Under the pieces are notes generated by a model. It had not been told where the DNA came from. It saw only the letters and a list, made by a program, of their open reading frames with translations, and made no database searches. Shown here in pieces: positions 40,031-51,859 of a DNA stretch of 63,852 bases. The stretch comes from Podarcis vaucheri. Lineage: Eukaryota. Each line of letters starts with the position of its first letter. The stretch's first letter is position 1. The stretch is taken from the NCBI GenBank assembly GCA_965113315.1, contig OZ220368.1; one strand, 5' to 3'. A program made the translations under genes and the position numbers.

Positions 40031-40704
40031 CCTTGCAATGAAAGGAATGAAGTTCTTTCACACATATAAGCTTTGCTATTGTGTGGAAAGTATGCCTAAA
40101 ATTTAGAAACTATTTGAACTAGGCAAAACTAGAAAGTTATATAAGGCAGAAAAGTGGAGCTGGAGCTGCAACTCTTCTAGGAGCAAAAGGGTAACACTCT
40201 ACATCAAGTTTCAGGATTGCTGTTGCTATTGGATAACTCTTTAGCACAGCCTGAAGTGTATGAAGGTGCTGCTACAAAAATACTTTTATTTATTCATATA
40301 GCACTGGCAGGACTACACAAATACACTGAACAATACGGCCAATAGGAGAGAACCTCAAGGAATGCTCCATTTCAAGGGCAATACTTAATCATCTTATTGC
40401 CAGTTTTACTCCAACCTTGAAAATATGGTTCAAATCACCATTAGGCAACTCCAGTTATGCCTGCAATGTATGTTAACTAAAAAACAGAAGTCCACAGTCA
40501 GCTGTATCAGAGGCTGCTATAAAAGCCACCATGACCAGAATAATAGGTTGATGGAGGTTAGACTGACTAGCGTCATCTATCCTGCAGGAAGACCAGAACC
40601 TAAGTGAAATCAGCTCAGAACGTTAATACTGTGCAGTTGTACTACCAGATTCACCCAACCCCAACCCCACACTAAAAAAATAAATAAAGACTTCCTTCAA
40701 AAAT

Positions 40705-41090
40705 CAGAGAACAGAAGAAGAAACCTGCTGGATTAGACCAAAGGCATATCTAATCCAGCATCCTGTTCTCACAGTGGCCAACCAGATTCCTACAGGGAAA
40801 CCTGTAAGCAGGACAAGAACACACTTGTGGGCAACTGGTATTCAGGGACATAATGCCTCCGATAGCAGAGGTAGTACAAAGCCATCATGACTAGCAGCCA
40901 CTGAAAGCCTTATCCTGATTATTTTTTCTAATCTCCTCTTAAAGCCATCCAAGTTGGTGGCTATCATTAGATCCTGTGGCAGAGAATTTCACAGATTAAC
41001 TATGTGCTGCATCATATTCAGTTTCATAGGATGACTGAGGGTTCTAGTTATTATATGAGGGAGAAAAACTTCTCCCTCCAATCTATGTCC
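40705..41090 (-). mobile_element. CR1-type LINE 3' fragment
   Basis: cctgctggattagaccaaaggcatatctaatccagcatcctgttctcacagtggccaaccaga...ttaaagccatccaagttggtggc resembles a common squamate CR1 3' end. Confidence 0.65.
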
Positions 41091-41411
41091 ATCTCTGAGC
41101 TTTGCTGGATTTTGGTTAAACCACAATTGTCTGATATAGCCAAAGTCCAGCAATAAGCCAGGCGGTCTCCTAGTTAACAGTAAAAAATAGAGCCTGCTAT
41201 CCCTTCTCATTTGAAAGATTAGGAAAACTGTCTTTAGAGTAATGAGATTGCCAAATCCAGACAGATTAAAATTTCAAGACAGAACTCAAGTACAGATCTA
41301 CATCACCATGTGGACGTCAATCTGCAAATTTGGTTTCTATCCAGATCACAGGAGTAGCAGAGGGTAGGAAGAAATGAGAGAGAGGCAGTAGGGTTCCCTC
41401 AGTGCTTCTAC

Positions 41412-41533
41412 CTTTGCAAGGCATTGTTCGACATGCCTACTCCTCTCCTCCTCGGATCCTGAGAGAGGTTGGCTGCAGAGGGGACATACCTGTCCTTCGT
41501 CTTGCTTCCTCCGTTTCATTTTTCCAATCCGAG
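41412..41533 (-). CDS. RNF220: RNF220 exon ARIGKMKRRKQDEGQ with optional 78-nt extension VCPLCSQPLSGSEEERSRHVEQCLAK (alternative donors after 41490 and after 41412)
   Basis: Acceptor cgcatag|CTCGG. Proximal donor CAG|gtatgt and distal donor AAG|gtagaa are both phase 0. Lies within ORF 41346..41567. Confidence 0.93.
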
Positions 41534-43500
41534 CTATGCGAGGAAAGCAGAGAGAAAAGAAAAACACAATGGGTTATATATTTGCCCAGTGACTGAGGAA
41601 CCAAAGGGAAGAACATACTAGTTTCTGATGTCAGCCAGGAAGCCTAGAGCCCCTGTGAGGCTTCATCTCATGCCTCTCAGAAAGAACACTGGCAATGGGG
41701 AGACCAACCTGGCCCCATCCATTGGCCAATAAAGGACCTGCTGCTCCAATGCTCACTCCCTTCTCCCTTCTTTTTTCCTTTTGTATTATGTCTATTAAGA
41801 CTGTGAATCTGTTAGCTTAATTTAAGATATATAGGGAACTTTAAAACTGCAGGTGCTTTGTAGGTATTAAATAATATGAATAACTGAGAGCTACAGAGAG
41901 TGAGTGTGATATAGATGCAAGGTTTCAAGGCAAACATTTGCTCTTTCTTCCACCGAGCCTCACTGGTTTCCTCCCCACCACACTCCACCTGCTTCATCTT
42001 GAGGAGCTGTGCCCAAGTTTCATCTTGTGCAGTTACAGAACCTTTAATGAATTTAACCAAATGCCTCCCTAGTGAACAAAAACAGCCACTATCCTCACGG
42101 CACAGGAGAAATTAAGTCAAACACAAACCAAGTGCCTTGCCCTCAAAAGGGCATATCCGATTCCATTATCTTTATAATACTGTTCCTCCCCTGGGAAAGC
42201 CTAAGAACCACTATTTTAATGTTCAGCATCTCCTGCAAATACAAAACCCACACTGTCGGGCTGGAGATACTAGTTGGGTCCTATTCGCCTCCTGAATCCA
42301 CCCTAGGATAAGTCATCAATTTTATTTTTGCCTCCGTTGTTCCTAATCAGACTTATTCAATAGTTGCGTTTTACAATATCCTGACTAGAGAACAGTTTTC
42401 AAACTGCTATAAAAGATGCCACAAAACACTTCTGCTTCTGCTGCAGACTAACATGACTACCAAGCTAAGAAAAGACACCAATCAGTATAAATGGGAAGCC
42501 CCAAGAGCCTAGTAATCGGCACAGCTGTGAAGATGTCAGAAAGAAGGGTTTCTGTCAAAATGATTTCTATAATTATGAAAGAGAGCTTCTGCTTAAAAGG
42601 TAAGCAGGCTTTGAAATATGGAGAAAAGACCCAAACACACACAGGCAGTTTCCAGTAAAAATTTAGAAATCACAGCAGGACTATACTGGACTTAACTGCA
42701 CTCAAAAGACCATGTCCCTCTATCCCTATTTGTACTCTTTGCTCAATCCTACAATTTCAGATTCTATCTCTAATCTCCTACATCTCATCCCCAAATGACT
42801 ACAAGCAGAAGCAATGCAGAATATATACAAGTAATTCCAATTATGGAGCTTGAAGTTTGCTTTTTGGGGAGAAAATTCTATTGTAGGCTCAAGAGACATG
42901 CCCCTCTGGTGAACTTTTTCCTTTACCAACTGCTGATTAATTTGAACCCTCATTAAATGTGGGCAAAACATCTGAAAAACTTGTATTAAAACAACATTGA
43001 TCATTAAGAGAGATGGCTTTAAGCAAATATTATCAGATATTTCAATCACAGACAGGGGAAATGAACAACTTAATAAGGAAGGTCAGAATTTTGACAGAGA
43101 CCAAAATAAGAGCCGAAGGATATTCTGTGTAGTAACAAGAGATGACATGACAGAGAAGTCACTTAATGCAGTAACAATTATTGACATTATGAGCCTGCCA
43201 GTTTGCTGCAGAAATTATAACGTATCGCAACTGCACTGCGAGAACGAGATGCTGCACACACCAAGTGGGAAGAAAGGGCCCAAAAACCAAATTAAGGGAG
43301 GCACTGGAAAGTAAGACAAATGCCATAAGCAGGGTAGGCTTTTAGTCATAATCCAAGGAGGCAATACAGGAACCCAGCAAAACCAGACCAATGTTGACTC
43401 AATAAAGGTATTAAATTTTTTTCTGTTTGGGGCCTTTTTCTCTGGAGTTAACATATAAGCAAATTCAAACACCTTGGGCTGGCAATACAGACTGGCTATA

Positions 43501-43865
43501 AAGGTAAAGGTAAAGGTACCCCTGCCCGAACGGGCCAGTCTTGACAGACTCTGGGGTTTGTGCGCCCATCTCACATCTATAGGCCGGGGGCCAGCGCTGT
43601 CCGCAGACACTTCCGGGTCACGTGGCCAGCGTGACAAAGCTGCATCTGGCGAGCCAGCGCAGCACACGGAACGCCGTTTACCTTCCCGCTGGTAAGCGGT
43701 ACCTATTTATCTACTTGCACCCAGGGGTGCTTTCGAACTGCTAGGTTGGCAGGCGCTGGGACCGAGCAGCGGGAGCTCACCCCGCCGCGGGGATTCGAAC
43801 CGCCGACCTTTCGATCGGCAAGCCCTAGGCGCTGAGGCTTTTACCCACAGCGCCACCCGCGTCCC
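43501..43865 (-). mobile_element. Full-length Sauria SINE (tRNA-derived) with 14-bp TSD
   Basis: Minus strand starts GGGACGCGGGTGGCGCTGTGG (A box), has B box GGTTCGAATCC and ends in (ACCTTT)n. Flanked by the perfect direct repeat ACAGACTGGCTATA at 43487-43500 and 43866-43879. Confidence 0.92.
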
Positions 43866-46029
43866 ACAGACTGGCTATACAGGCTAGTTAATCAGCAGAG
43901 GAGGATCAGACATCCACCTGCAATCCATTTGCCTGAGCCACCCCCACTATCCTCACTCCAACTACTCTAGAGCTCCTCTCCCCACTTGAAGAACACAGGC
44001 AGAGAGGTGCAGCTACCATTATCCTAGGCTGTTTATACAGTGTACTGCTAAAGGGCACCTGCCCACTTTCTCCCTCCTATACTTAGAACTAAAATACTCT
44101 CTCAAGAAACAAAAAAGCCAACTCCATCATACCTGAAGTGGAGCTAAGAGGACTCAAAAGTTTCTGTCCCCCCTTCTCCAGCAGGGAAAGGAAGACAAAA
44201 GAGGGCAAGTCTAAACAGCTAGCGCACTGTGTTTAGAATAACAAAGCTCCTTTCTGGCATGTGGGAATGAGTACAGGAATGAGAAGAGTTGATGCAGCCG
44301 TCTGAAGAGAGAGAGTCGATTCTGGATGGGGCAAACCTAACTATTTCTCTCACACTTCTGGGAAACTAGGAAGAGGAAACAGTTTCAGGCACTGTCTCCT
44401 GACTGTAGCTCCATTTTCGGCAGGTCTCTCGTTAGAGAGGTTGCTTTCTTGGACTTTTCTTTCCCATTTTCTCCAAGGTGGAAGCAAGAGCCCTCCCACA
44501 AGAAGCTGCACACAGGGCTCTCTCACTTTGGCAAGTGAAGGTAATCCTAATTCACTCAAGGAATGTGATTTGCAAATCTGTCCTAAATCTGTATGTCTTA
44601 CCCACCTGGCTTGCATTTGTGGGTCTTAACGACCAAATCCAGAGCCAATAACGACTTCCCTCCGATGTCATACTCGCTCAGATCCTCAAGATGTATGAGG
44701 CATGGTTTGAACCACCTGGATTTCAAAAATATTTCTCATTGCCCTCAAGGAGCAGCTGGGGCAACATTCCCAGTTGACTCCCAGTGGCACGATTTGTAAA
44801 ACATTTTACTGCAAACCCTATGGACATAATGTAACTTATTCCATAAGTCTGGTGTGAGAATAACTGAAACAGAACTTGAAAACCACTTCATAAAAACTCA
44901 GGGTCCATGAATAATCATTTCTATAAACTTAAAAGTCCACTTAATGAAAAACTAAACTTGAATTTTAAGCGCCCTTGCAAAATTTTTAGACCTCTCATTA
45001 TACTGATCCTTAATATTTTTGAACCGGTTATACGTCAGCAGATTTTTCTGCCATCATTGCTTGTGTGCTATCATGACACACACACAGTACTAATGCAAAG
45101 GATCTTTGTGCCTCAGCTGGCAAACTTTTCTACAACATCCAGCAAATAAGAGCATTAGGGGCTTTAAGCAACACAGTCCACCTTAGAGACCCATGAGACA
45201 CTGGGCAAAGAAAAATTGTTTTGCTCACAAAATAAGAGCAGCATGAACAGAAGTGTAAATGGAGTGAAGAAGAGCTAACAAAAAGTTTCTGTTCCAACAC
45301 CTTTTGCAGTAGCTTGATACTGGCAGAGGTGGATCTGGAGTGTGTGAGAGAAAAAACGGGGGCTGTTTGAAAGCCACTGAACAGAATTTTCAATTGCTAC
45401 TATAGAGCTCAACTATCACTTCTAATCAACGTAGGAGGGATGGAGGAGCCCCAGAGGAAGGGGGGCAACTGCTGAGTTGTCCCGAAGGAGAACAGCTCAA
45501 AAGAACACACAAGTGAGACCACAGTATTGTTAATTAGTGCTGATAGATGCAATCATTTCTAATTAGCTCGCTAATCCTTCTCCCCTGTATTCCTGTCGCA
45601 GGAGCAAAGAGGGGGGCTGGGTTGATTTTTCCTTACCCTTAAGTCACAGGGCTTTTTTTTAAAAAAAAAAATCTGAATATAAAACAGCATGAAAAAAAGA
45701 CTTTCACTTAAATGTCCCTCATTGCGGAACTCTTCTAAAAAAATGTGTTTTTTTCTAGTTCCCACCCAGGATGCAAGGAAGCCACTTATATTAGAATCAT
45801 GATGCCAGTGCACCAGCGTGTCCATAATGTCAAGCAATCTATCTTGCCAAATTGCCCTCTTCATTATGGCCCTGGCTCACCCTGGACTACACTGACTTTG
45901 GCCTTTGAGTTGCAGTAGAAAGTTACTTCAGCTGCACTATTATGCCTGGACCCTAAAATACAGGGGGGGGGGACCTGCCCTTCCACATTGAGCACTCATC
46001 TGTGACAGCCTCTATTTTGCTGATCCAAT

Positions 46030-46410
46030 TTATTTATTTATAAAATGTATACCACCCTATACCTGTAGATCTCAGGGCGGTTCACAACATAAAAGACACA
46101 AAATATATAATAAAAACACAAACAACTCAATAATCCCCACTTCCAACACACACTTTTAAAGAGCATCAGATGTCAATCAGCCAAAGGCCTGGTTAAAGAA
46201 CATTTTCACCTGGCTCCTAAAAGTGTATAATGAAGGTGCCAGCCTGAGGCAAGCATTCCACAAATGGGGAGCCACTGCAGAAAAGGCTCCTTCTCGTGTT
46301 GCCACCCTTCAGACCTCTTGGGGAGGAGGCACACGAAGAAGGGCCTCAGAAAATGATCTCAGGGTCCAAGTAAGTTCATATGGAGAGAGGTGGTCCTTGA
46401 GGTATTGCAG
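46030..46410 (-). mobile_element. L2 LINE 3' end
   Basis: Minus strand ends ...tgtgaaccgccctgagatctacaggtatagggtggtatacattttataaataaataa, a typical squamate L2 terminus. Confidence 0.7.
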
Positions 46411-46536
46411 ATAGAAGAACTAATGCTTAGTCTCGATCTTTTATGTTACTGACATGTTCTATGTTACTGACATGTTTATCAGGCTCTTGTTTTCTTGCTC
46501 TATTAAGGGAGTTTATCATGTGTTATGCTCCTGATT

Positions 46537-46968
46537 GAGCTACCCGAAGCCCCGGCGCGTCTGCTGAGCGCACCAGGGCTTCGAGATAAGAGGCAGCACT
46601 GCGCAAGCCAGGGGAGCCCTCCCGCGGCTTGCGCAGAGCTACCCAAAGCCCCGGCGCGACTGCTCCGTGCGCCGGGACTTCGGGATAAGAGGCAGCGCTG
46701 CGCAAGCCGGGGGAGCCCTCCCGCGGCTTACGGAGAGCTACCCGAAGCCCTGGCGCGTCTGCTGAGCGTGCCGAGGCAAGAGGCAGCGCTGCGCAAGCCG
46801 GGGGAGCCCTCCCGTGGCTTGCGCAGAGCTACCCGAAGCCCCTCTCGCACCGACCCCTCTCGCTCTCCAGGCTTCAGTGAAAGCCTGCATTCGCCCCATA
46901 GGACGCACACACATTTCCCCTTCATTTTTGGAGGGGAAAAAGTGCGTCCTATAGGGCGAAAAATACGG
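46537..46968. mobile_element. Left-truncated copy of the same Tc2-like family, with internal ~99-bp tandem repeats
   Basis: The right ~120 bp is nearly identical to 19060-19183 and ends CGAAAAATACGG-TA. Repeat units start at 46537, 46636, 46735 and 46826. No left TIR seen. Confidence 0.85.
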
Positions 46969-47479
46969 TAATTCAAAGTGCTGGTTGTTACATATAAAAC
47001 TCTAAACGGCTTGAAACCAAGCTACATGAAGGACTGCCTCATGTGAAGCTGCCCATCCTTAAAGATCTGCTGTTGCACCCCTTGATATGTGTAATTTAAA
47101 ACCCCCATCTTTGCATACAACTACTCTAAGTGGAAAGCAATATCAAGGTCAAAGATTTTTCAAAGACATATCTTTCCAACACCTCTAATTCTGCTAATAA
47201 AGAGGTGGTGCACCTTTTGCAGCTATCACTATTTGCTAAATTATTTGAGGCACAGGAAAATGAAGAGAGTCAGCTATTGTGATCTGCGTAGATTTGCATC
47301 CCACTTTTTAAAAAAACCCACCAAAAAAACTAGCACTCTTCTAACATGGCTTCTCATAAAGGACCTTCTACGGCCTTTGACCAAGTCATGGAATAGAGAG
47401 TAGAAACAAACAAAAGAAACATAAAAGTAAGTTTTATCTTATGCAATATCCAGTACAGGCAAAGCCTCCTATTCACCTG

Positions 47480-48195
47480 ATTTTCTAGATCCATTTCAAA
47501 TGATGGTTAGGTCCAGTTTTGGCACAGAAACTGCTATGGTCACACTGAATGATCTCTGTCAGGAGAAAAGCAGGGGAAATGTGTTCCTGTTAATTCTCCT
47601 TGATCTCTCAGCTTCTTTCGATACCATCACACAGAGTATCCTTTTAGAGCAGCTGTCCGAGATAGGGGTGGGTGGCACCAATTTGCGGTGATTCTGGTCC
47701 TACTTGGATTGTTGTTTCCAAAGGGTGATGTTTGGGAAGTGCTCTTTAGCAATGTCCTCACACAATGTCCTTTTAACCCCTCAGGGTGGGGTTCCTCAGG
47801 GTTCAATTTTATTCCCTATGCTTTTTAACATCTGCATGAAACTGCTGACTGGGGTTATCCAGAGTTTTGAAGTACGTTATCAGCAATCTGATGATGACTT
47901 ACAGCTCTGCTGCTCCTTTATATCTGCAGGTGTGGCAGTGGATGTGCTGGACTGTTGTCTTGCCTCGGTAATGGACTGGGTGAGAGCCAATAAACTGAAC
48001 CTCAGTCCAGATAAGGCAGAGGAATTGTTAGTGGGTAATTCCTTAGACTAGATGAATGGGAGGATGCCTGCTCTTGATGGGGTTATACTCCCTCTCAAGG
48101 AGCGGATACATAGCTTGGTGGTGCTTCTGGATCCTTTGCTGTCCCTTGAGGCTCAGGTGACTTCAGTGGCACAGAGTGCCTTCCATCAGCTTTAG
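47480..48195 (+). mobile_element. Degenerate L2/CR1-clade LINE reverse transcriptase fragment
   Basis: ORFs 47500 and 47704 carry RT motifs LILLDLSASFDTI, GVPQGSILFPMLFNI, a decayed YADD (QSDDDLQL) and WVRANKLNLSPDKAE, interrupted by stops. Confidence 0.9.
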
Positions 48196-51100
48196 ACCAT
48201 CAGCTGAAACCATAATAACAGTCCTCCTGAATCAGGCCAAAGCCCATCTAATCCAATACTCTGTTTTATAGTGTCTCCATGGGAATGAGTTTGCAACAGC
48301 ACTCTCCAAGGTACAAACATTAGCCAATTCACATAAAGTATATAGAGAGAGGAACAGCAAGCTAATCTACTCACTTCCTCCACTCAGCAGAGATCAGTTG
48401 ATTTCTATTCTCTTTACAATAACCTCTGTGTTGCTGGAAGTGTTACTGATTTTCCAAAAAAAAATGAGTTAGTTGAAGGGGAGGATTTGCAAAGAGAATT
48501 TTATCACACCTGGATCTTCAAAGACATCTTGACCAAGTCCTTGTAAAAGACTACAAAGAGAGAGAGACTTTGGAAACAGTGGTGTGGCAAAATACAGTCT
48601 CAATGACAGATTTCTATCCCAAGAGTTCAGTGGAACCCCAAAGTAAAAAGATAAATGAACTGCCTATGTCTACAGAAAGTGCCAATCTAGACTAAAAATA
48701 ACCTGAAGGAAGGATGAACAAAAATACAAGAGTTGATTAAGTTGTTTAGCAAGTGTAAAGCAATCTCCAACTGAAGGATTCTGAACTACTCATATATTGC
48801 TAATCCTAGGCAGATAATCATTCTTGTTACTTAAGCTTATGGCTGGGCTAGTTCTGCTTGACTAATAACAGTATTCCAAAGAATGAAACTGTAATGGTGT
48901 TCATGTACATAGAAAAGGTGGGGTGGGGGACTGAAAGAGGAATGTGAATCTTGTATGTTATGTGACTTAACAAATCAAAGCAAAATCAAAGCACTGTAGA
49001 ACTTAAGACCCAAGCTCCAGTCTTTTCCTTGCTGATTTTAGACTCCCAACTATCCTATAACTTTAGCTGTTCTTCAAATACCATAAGATATACAACTAAC
49101 ACAACACAGCAGTTAGTAAAGATTATGAGGAAGAAGAGCAAGTGATGTGTTTATGCTGGGACACCAAACACTCACAATGATCTAACACAGAGACAATGAA
49201 ATGGTTTAGATGCAATATTAAACCACACTTTAGCATTGTGAGAACGAACAACAGGTTGCCCAGGACTCATGCCCCTATCACTACCACAGCCATGCAAAAG
49301 AGTTTGGAAACTTTCAATGCTGGTTTTAGATGCATTGTAGATTGCTGTATCCTCTGAACTAGGTCAAACTATAGTTAGTGGAAACAAGACAACTTCATAT
49401 CATACGTCTGTGATGATAATTTATTTAAGCCAACCACAGTTAAAACTAATGACAGCTTATGGTTTACACAACATGTTAAACTGGTGATGATCTTCCTGTT
49501 ATAGCCAAGTCAGAGGGGAGGGTTGGGTATACTGGCCCAAGGTTTACTGAGGTTTGTTCTTATAATGCAAGACCATGGTTTAGCACAGCCTTCTCCAATC
49601 TGATGCTCACCATGTTCTTTGAATGCCAACTCCCATTAACCCCAGCCAGCATACTCAGTGGTTGGGGAAGATGGGAAATGAAGCTGAAAGCATTTGGAGG
49701 CAACCAGTTGGGGAATGCTGGTTTAGCATTATGTCCAAATACAGCCAACATACAATATATTTGGCAAAACCTAGGTCTGCTTTCAAAAATGATCATGTTC
49801 TTTTGAAAAATATTAGCATTTCTGATATAATCATTTCCAGTAATAGCTCCAAGTGCCCTAAGGAAATGTTTGCAAGATGATCAATAGAATACTGCAATTG
49901 TATTCATTAATCATATCCCAGAATTATTCAGTAGCAGAAATATATTGTAGTTGTGTATGTGAAAGTCAGATCACGTGTATTCACTACATAGTGCACAGTC
50001 CTCATTAATTCAAGAGCTCTCTCCTTTTATCCAACATAGTATGTTACAGCTCTGAATCTTGCTGGCATTGAAGAATTCAAGGAAAAATTCCTCTTGCACT
50101 GTCAGGATAATTTAAAGTTGCTCTTAATTTTTCAGGGATGAATTTTCATAATCTTTACTCTTGACCAAATTAAAGATGATAAAAGTACACGTTTTTCTGT
50201 TCACTGGCAGTGGAAGTAGAATCAATTAAAATAAAGGGTCACTATATAAAATATTTGAAAAATTATTCCTGCTTAGTGACAATACACTGTGTTTTACGTA
50301 CTATTGGATAAAAATTACAAAATACATCTTGAATTAATTACTTCTCTGAAGGCAGGTCTATCCTAAGACCAAAAATTATGGAATCTGCTATTACATACAC
50401 AGTAGTAATAGTTAGGTTCAGCTCCAAGTTGCAAATTACTGAGGTATCAGGTCCATATAACCAGGTGAGATATTAAAGGCCTTTATCCTGCACATTGTTT
50501 CAAAACAGCATTGGGGGAGGGTGTTTAAGGAAAGGTGGAATTAAAAAAAAGTTGTAATAAATGAAACAAACAGGAATTATAGTTGTATGTATTTTTTAGC
50601 TGTAAGCAGGTATTGTTGACAGCTGGAGATTATAGCAGGTAAGCAAGTGAAAACAATGCCATTGGGAAAAAAGACTAATCTCATTACACCCATAAGAAAA
50701 TCATTATTTCTAAAACGGCAAGTAGTAAAATAATTATTCTATTTGGAATTGATATTTTCTCCTTTGCAATATCAACCAGGCCATTTAACAAGAAGTGGTG
50801 GTACCCCAATTGTGGCATGCCCTCCTCAGAGAGGCCTGCTTGCCACCTCTTTATGGCCATTTCAATGCCAAGTAAAATACTTTTTTAAAAAAAATTATCC
50901 CAAGTATTTTCAGATCTGTGATTATTTAAAGTTTTGAACTGTAATCTACTGCTTCCACATAGTGTGTTTTTAATAATGCTGAGTAAATGATTCTCTCTCT
51001 TACCTTTGCTGACAATATTTTCCTGCAATTGTTGTTTTACCACATTATATTTTATGTTTGCAAGCTGCCTGAAAAGCAATGTCATTGGGAGGCCTACATA

Positions 51101-51315
51101 AATGTAACCCAGGGGCAGCAACTTAAGACAGGGTTCAGAGAGGAACAAAATGTGTTAGGAATACAAATGATTGATTTGAAGCTTTAACCCTTTGGGGCAT
51201 ATTTAGTTCAGGAATCTTGTAAAGAAAGGAAGCATTATACTTGTTAGGCCCAGATAATGAAAGTCTTCATCTTGGAACAAGGGGGGAAATGGTACAGGAT
51301 TTCTGCTGCACTCAC

Positions 51316-51358
51316 CATTCAGCCGGGTCTGTCTGTTTGCCCTCACTCGCAAGAAGGT
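51316..51358 (-). CDS. RNF220: RNF220 43-nt coding exon (TFLRVRANRQTRLN)
   Basis: ttctcttaacag|ACCTTCTTGCGAGTGAGGGCAAACAGACAGACCCGGCTGAATG|gtgagt. Phase 0 in and phase 1 out fit both neighbours. Not visible in the ORF track. Confidence 0.95.
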
Positions 51359-51859
51359 CTGTTAAGAGAAGATCAGGAGCAAAAAAGCATTAGGAACTTG
51401 CTGGTGAGAAAACCACAGAGTTATTTACCCCATTCTGAGAAGCAGTCTTAGGGAGTGTATGGGGGAATTAGATTAGAAAAATCCACCACAGCACTCTCAT
51501 CTACCTGACAAACTTCCCTTTTGGGTGTTGCCTATATTTACCAATTCAAACCAATACCACAATTTAATCTTCCCCAGATAACTTCAAACACAAATACACC
51601 CACATGTCCTCTGACTTGGCTGTTGTCCAAATATAGATATCCACAGCACCCCAAATGTAAGCGCCCCGTTCATCCCAACTGCTTGCAAGGTTCAATACCA
51701 CTTCCCCACTCTCTAATTCCTCAGCCTACGAGACTACTATACGGGGAAAAGCAGCCTGCAGCATCCTGTCTAGCTTTGGCTTAGCTATAAATTAATCTCC
51801 CTACAAATGAACAAGTATACCTGTATTGCCCTTATTTCCTAGATGCCAAAGATAAACAA

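Noticed and set aside
43770-43865. tRNA gene
   Set aside because: The A/B boxes belong to the Sauria SINE head; they continue into the SINE body and tail and are bounded by a TSD.
46525-46971. 148-aa repetitive ORF, or a CRISPR-like array
   Set aside because: It is the translation of 99-bp tandem units within a MITE. There are no unique spacers and no cas genes, and the context is eukaryotic.
47500-48051. Functional or domesticated reverse transcriptase
   Set aside because: Catalytic YADD is decayed and the frame is broken by stops; an ordinary dead LINE fragment.
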